Assembly: GCF_032191835.1 (NCBI RefSeq)
Contig: NC_083223.1
Location: 20,212,001-20,276,000, forward strand
Length of the DNA: 64,000 nt
Reading direction: 5' to 3'
Source of the DNA: Heteronotia binoei
Lineage: Eukaryota
Each line of letters opens with the position of its first letter. Position 1 is the stretch's first letter. The notes under the pieces are model-generated. The model saw nothing but the letters and a program-made list of their open reading frames with translations. It had not been told where the DNA came from and made no database searches. The translations under genes and the position numbers were made by a program. This document shows positions 59,315 to 64,000 of this stretch, in pieces.

Positions 59315-59742
59315 CAGAGGTGGCCAAAAAGTGGCTCAGGAGCCACTTGTAGCTCTTTTACACATATTATTTGGCTCTCCAAGCCTCCACTGCCGCATCA
59401 TCTGGCTTGGAGAAGGCATTGATCTCTTTAAATCCCTTCTCCAAGCCAAGCCAGGTGACAGCTTGGAGAATCCATTTAAAGTTGCTCTNNNNNNNNNNNN
59501 NNNNNNNNNNNNNNNNNNNNNNNNNNNNNNNNNNNNNNNNNNNNNNNNNNNNNNNNNNNNNNNNNNNNNNNNNNNNNNNNNNNNNNNNNNNNNNNNNNNN
59601 NNNNNNNNNNNNNNNNNNNNNNNNNNNNNNNNNNNNNNNNNNNNNNNNNNNNCAAACATCTGATGTTCATGTCTTGCAGCTCTCAAACATCTGATGTTTA
59701 TTCTATGTGGCTCTTAACGTTAAGCAAGTTTGGCTACCCTTG
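59315..59742 (+). mobile_element. hAT element spanning an N-gap (same family on - at about 27202-27513 and starting near 63961)
   Basis: CAGAGGTGGCCAAA...TTTGGCTACCCTTG; internal CAAACATCTGATGTT repeats. Confidence 0.72.
59489..59652. other. Assembly gap (164 N)
   Basis: N run. Confidence 1.
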
Positions 59743-60064
59743 CTGTAGCCCATTAATAGCCCTGACCATGCACTGTTTCTTTCCACACCAATATCAAAAG
59801 CACACATGAAGCTGCCTTCTACTGTGTCAGACCACTGGTCTGTCAAGGTCAGTATTGTCTACCTTGACTGGCAGCAGTTTTCCAGGGTCTCAAGTAGAAA
59901 ACAGTCTTTCATATCACCTACTACCAGATCCTTTTAACTAGAGATGCCAGGGGTTGAACTGGGGACACTTCAGCATGCCAAGAAGATGCTTGACCACTGT
60001 ACGCCCCACTTAGAGGCACCCACAGATAAATATACACCACTGCCTTATAACCAGTCAGGTAACC

Positions 60065-60199
60065 NNNNNNNNNNNNNNNNNNNNNNNNNNNNNNNNNNNN
60101 NNNNNNNNNNNNNNNNNNNNNNNNNNNNNNNNNNNNNNNNNNNNNNNNNNNNNNNNNNNNNNNNNNNNNNNNNNNNNNNNNNNNNNNNNNNNNNNNNNN
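60065..60199. other. Assembly gap (135 N)
   Basis: N run. Confidence 1.
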
Positions 60200-60654
60200 A
60201 TGTACAAAATATTGTATATAATTCAATAATACATCTAGGAGTGCTAAAATATCATTTAAAACAACAATTCTGTGGTTCAGCATATAAACACTTAATCCCA
60301 ATAGAAAGACAAATGTCCATTTACGTAAATCAAGGTTTAAAAGTACCTATTGTCTCTGAATGTAAGACCCAATATCAAATGTGTTTCAGCACTAGGCCTT
60401 CCTCAGTGGAATAATTCAAACTGAGCACTCCACTAATTTAACAAAGGCATCCCATAAACTGATCGTACACAGAACTGACCTCACTCACACTGAGTAGAAA
60501 GACTTTCTCTGTACCGTTTTTTTTTTTAAAAAATGCAAACTGCACAAAAATACATTTCAGACTCCATCTAGGTGCCCTGCTGTCTTTCCCACCCTGTTTC
60601 AATCCCACCTCTTTTAACAACAAGGAATGTTGCCAAGTTTAGAGAAAGTCTTAC

Positions 60655-60738
60655 CGGTAATCCAGGTTGTCCAAGGAATCCTTTTTCGCCTTTCAATATA
60701 CCACCAGGTAGTTGCCCAATAATTTCTCCTGGGTCTCC
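60655..60738 (-). CDS. COL4A1: Collagen IV exon (E9-eq, 84 nt) GDPGEIIGQLPGGILKGEKGFLGQPGLP
   Basis: ttgtag acceptor, gtaaga donor. Confidence 0.93.
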
Positions 60739-60829
60739 CTACAAGGAATAAATCAAAAAGATTACATACATGATTATCTGTTGTGGGGTGGCATCTGCTT
60801 CCCCCTCCCTCCCTAATGTTACGTAATAC

Positions 60830-61001
60830 CAGGGGTGGAATTCTAGCAGGAGCTCCTTTGCATATTAGGCCACACACCCCTGATGTAGACAATCCTCCAA
60901 GAGCTTATAAAAAAAAAGCCTTGTAAGCTCTTGGAGGACTGGCTATATCAGGGGTGTGTGGCCTAATATGCAAAGGAGCACCTGCTAGAATTCCACTCCT
61001 G
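60830..61001. mobile_element. Palindromic hAT MITE
   Basis: TSD CGTAATAC/CATAATAC. Confidence 0.87.
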
Positions 61002-61246
61002 CATAATACTCCCATCAAAGCACTCATAGGAGGTGACGGAGGAGGGACACATGAGTGGAGACCTCTTTCAGCCACAGGATTCCTCTTGCCGGGTTGATGT
61101 GACAAGACCTCATATGGAGTGCTTGTATGAATACACGGTGAAGGAAGGGATCGAGGTGCATTGGGACTACCAAAAACAATACTGAACAAGTACACACAAT
61201 ATTTTTGTCCCATATAAAAGGTTTCAAAATGCACATCATGAGTCAC

Positions 61247-62213
61247 TGTAGTGGAAAAGACCTCTGTACATCAAGGAGACAAGAGTGGTGATTCACTCCT
61301 TCTGACTAGTGTATCTCCATAGGAGAGCACCAAGCTGCAAAGAGTTAATTCCCTTCGCCTAGAGTTAGGTTTGCTTCAGCCGGTGATGCTGTGAAACCTC
61401 ACAGATAAACCAGTTCCAGCTGAAGCTGATTATTCAATGAGGTAGAGGTTGGTGATAAATGACTTCTAAATGGGCTAGGTTGGGGGGAGGTTCTTAGTTT
61501 TGTTTTCTGTGGAGACACTGAGGGAACCGCTGCCTGACAACTGAACAGACTGCTGGGAAAGCCTCTCTAACATGAGGGAGGGCACTCTTCCCTCTCCTGC
61601 TGAGTTCTCTCGGCTCCAAAATGAGAGGCAACCGTTTGGTTTGCCTTTATTTATTTTTTTGTCATCTAGGAAGAAACGTGATAATAGATAGTTAGTGGAG
61701 GGAGTTTAATCTAGAAGACAAGAAAGTAAACAGGTTGATATGATTATTGTTAGCATGGTGATTAGGATAAGATGAAATTGGGGAACTGAATGGTTTAGAG
61801 GAAACAAGTGACATAAGATAATAAGATTCAGAACAGGCAATGACTCTTGGTTAGTATATAGTGGATTAATTGTATGTGGATTAATTGGGGCAAGTTTTCT
61901 ATTGTATACTGCGGATGAACGGTGTAGCAGATGGATAGAATTATGTGGCAGATAACTTGTATTACTGTTCACCATAGATTTTAATTCAATAAACCGTTAA
62001 TACAGAGGGGGGGGCGGGAGACTGCTGGATGAACGGACGGTTGCTGAGAGAGAGAACGTGAGGAGCCTCCCCAGCAAAAGGGACAAGTGCACTCTTGAGA
62101 AGTAGATTTTTGTTGTTAACTTTGAGCTAGTTTGACCTTGTAATAAATAAAACCTGCTTTCTTTTCACAAACTTGTACCTGCCTGCTGAAATCTAAAGAA
62201 CATGGGCATTACA
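61247..62213 (+). mobile_element. Solo LTR (967 bp) between E8 and E9
   Basis: TGTAGTG...CATTACA ends, AATAAA at 62142, 5-bp TSD GTCAC/GTCAT. Confidence 0.8.
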
Positions 62214-62382
62214 GTCATTCTGTACTAAGGCCCACACTACATGGAATGACTGGTAGCGATTGGCTTTGAACAGTCAGGACCTGAATATAGATTATTAATG
62301 TTATGATGTTCTTATGTCATCTGCATAGTAATATAATGTAAACAATAAATAAAGTTTTTTTTAAAAAAAATTGTAAAATTAC

Positions 62383-62409
62383 CTTTATTCCTGGAATTCC
62401 TGGAGGCCC
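62383..62409 (-). CDS. COL4A1: Collagen IV exon (E8-eq, 27 nt) GPPGIPGIK
   Basis: ttctag acceptor, gtaatt donor. Confidence 0.9.
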
Positions 62410-62655
62410 CTAGAAAAGAAATGAAATGTTTTCTGAGAAAATGTAGATATTAAGCACTGATTTTTCTAAAAGTGTATGTTTGAAGTTACAGTAAAAGACC
62501 AAATGTTCAATCACATTTGCTTAACTTGTTCCCCCCCCCCTTTTATAACACAGGGGGTGCGTGTAAGGGAGGGTAGGATAAAAATCTAACCAAACAAATC
62601 AATAATAAATAATCTCATGCCAATTTCGCTTGAAATGTTTTTTAAAAGTGCTTAC

Positions 62656-62709
62656 TAGTTTTCCAGGTTGCCCAGGTAAACCTGGTGGACCCAAAGGACC
62701 TCTTTCACC
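62656..62709 (-). CDS. COL4A1: Collagen IV exon (E7-eq, 54 nt) [18 protein letters not shown]
   Basis: cattag acceptor, gtaagc donor. Confidence 0.93.
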
Positions 62710-62801
62710 CTAATGAAATACAGAGAAATGACTTCATTTTTGTACGCCGTCATGTAAACTGAAGCAGTAACATCACCAAAATGGTTGCTAAGGGTGTTTA
62801 C

Positions 62802-62864
62802 CTTTGTCCCATTGCATCCTGGGATACCAGGAGGTCCTGGTGGCCCATCTCCTCCAGGGATTCC
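62802..62864 (-). CDS. COL4A1: Collagen IV exon (E6-eq, 63 nt) [21 protein letters not shown]; 7S cysteine and N-glycosylation site
   Basis: attcag acceptor, gtaaac donor, phase 0-0. Confidence 0.95.
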
Positions 62865-62972
62865 CTGAATTAGGAGAGGGGACAGAAAAAAGCAGGTGCC
62901 ATATTAGCTGCTGGCAGACATCGGTAACAAAACCTTGATGGTGTATCAATTCTGAATGGATGCCATACGTAC

Positions 62973-63017
62973 AGGAAGGCCAGGGTTCCCCGGATAGCCC
63001 GCTGGACCTGGTGGTCC
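62973..63017 (-). CDS. COL4A1: Collagen IV exon (E5-equivalent, 45 nt) GPPGPAGYPGNPGLP
   Basis: tttcag acceptor, gtacgt donor, phase 0-0. Confidence 0.93.
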
Positions 63018-63271
63018 CTGAAATCAAGGAAAATAAGGAAGAGAATTAAAAATGAAAAGTTAAGAATGCAAAGTATAGATGGTTAATAACATAGCGATAA
63101 AAAGACATTGCTCTTAATACATGTACTGAAACTCTTCTTATTACGGTTTTGAATTCCACTTAATGTGGCAAATTGAATAACTGGCCAAAAAGATAATGGG
63201 GGAAAATATTTTGAGCATCCCAGCTCTGAACAAGGATGCATGACCAGTATCTAAGCTCTTTTGATGCCATC

Positions 63272-63700
63272 CAGGCCTCATTTTGGGCAGGAGCTCACAG
63301 GAGCGGAGCTCTGGAACCTCTAGATTTTATTGTGCTCTTTCTTTCCCTCCAATACTTGCTTCTAGGCTCCATATTTCAAACCCCCTGGGAAAATTTTGCT
63401 GGACTCTTAAGATCTGACAAACTTTCTAATATTTTTCCCTACCAAAAATGGGGAAATAACCAAAACATATAAAGCAGACAGGTGGACATCTTCATCATGA
63501 CACTGTGGCCACATAGTAATTGAAAAAGTATGATGGGAGAAACGTTTCATTATGACAATTATAATTCCAGAAGCATTTTAAGGTAGATGCTGAGCTGATA
63601 TAATTTAGTCCACCTTCCAGTGATGTCAGGGGTGTGTGACATATGCAAATGAGTTGTGCTAATGAGCTCTAGCACCTCTTTTTCTATGAAATGGCCTCTG
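63272..63700 (+). mobile_element. Non-autonomous hAT element (family of 32102-32546)
   Basis: Sequence similarity, 6/8 TSD. Confidence 0.75.
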
Positions 63701-64000
63701 ATACCACCTCTCCTTCCTTTCTGGAGTTTAGAACTGGTGTCACCAACAATAAAGATTTCCCAAGTGCCCTGTTAACCATTGACATTCTGCCCTCCTTCCC
63801 TTTGAAATGTCTGGATTAGGCTTTTAGCATATGATTTGAGACAACGTTCTTATTGACAAGAAACAGATCAGCTGCACCGAATAGATTTTTAAGTGGGAGC
63901 GGTTGCTTCACTGTCATCCCCAAATCATTGTGTCAGGTGACTCAGGAGAATCTCTTTGTGAAGGGGTGCCCAAACTGCAGCTCAACAGCCACATGCGGCT

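Noticed and set aside
63020-64000. Search for the next upstream collagen exon (E4-equivalent)
   Set aside because: No Gly-X-Y exon with splice sites found; it presumably lies beyond the window.

Overview
Vertebrate genomic DNA, most likely a squamate reptile (gecko-like; inferred from its SINE, CR1, DIRS and hAT content). The only host gene is a type IV collagen alpha-1-like chain on the minus strand. It has 27 consecutive coding exons (346-63017; 2209 nt, about 736 codons), all phase-compatible, equivalent to COL4A1 exons 5-31, with one GC-AG intron. The introns are dense with mobile DNA. (i) A complete, young-looking 5790-bp DIRS1-type tyrosine-recombinase retrotransposon (19258-25047) has three intact ORFs, identical 151-bp ITRs and a perfect internal complementary region; its Gag and recombinase frames are separated by a single UGA-C stop. 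(ii) A decayed gamma-like ERV (about 39.5-45.6 kb) has a tRNA-Gly PBS, lacks env, and carries a nested solo LTR. (iii) There is a second solo LTR, about 20 palindromic hAT MITEs with 8-bp TSDs, longer hAT derivatives (one holding a 40-bp minisatellite, one split by an apparent micro-inversion, one MER1-like), SINEs, CR1 and L1 fragments. Three N-gaps are present. Comparisons with human collagens and named repeat families are from memory and need database confirmation.
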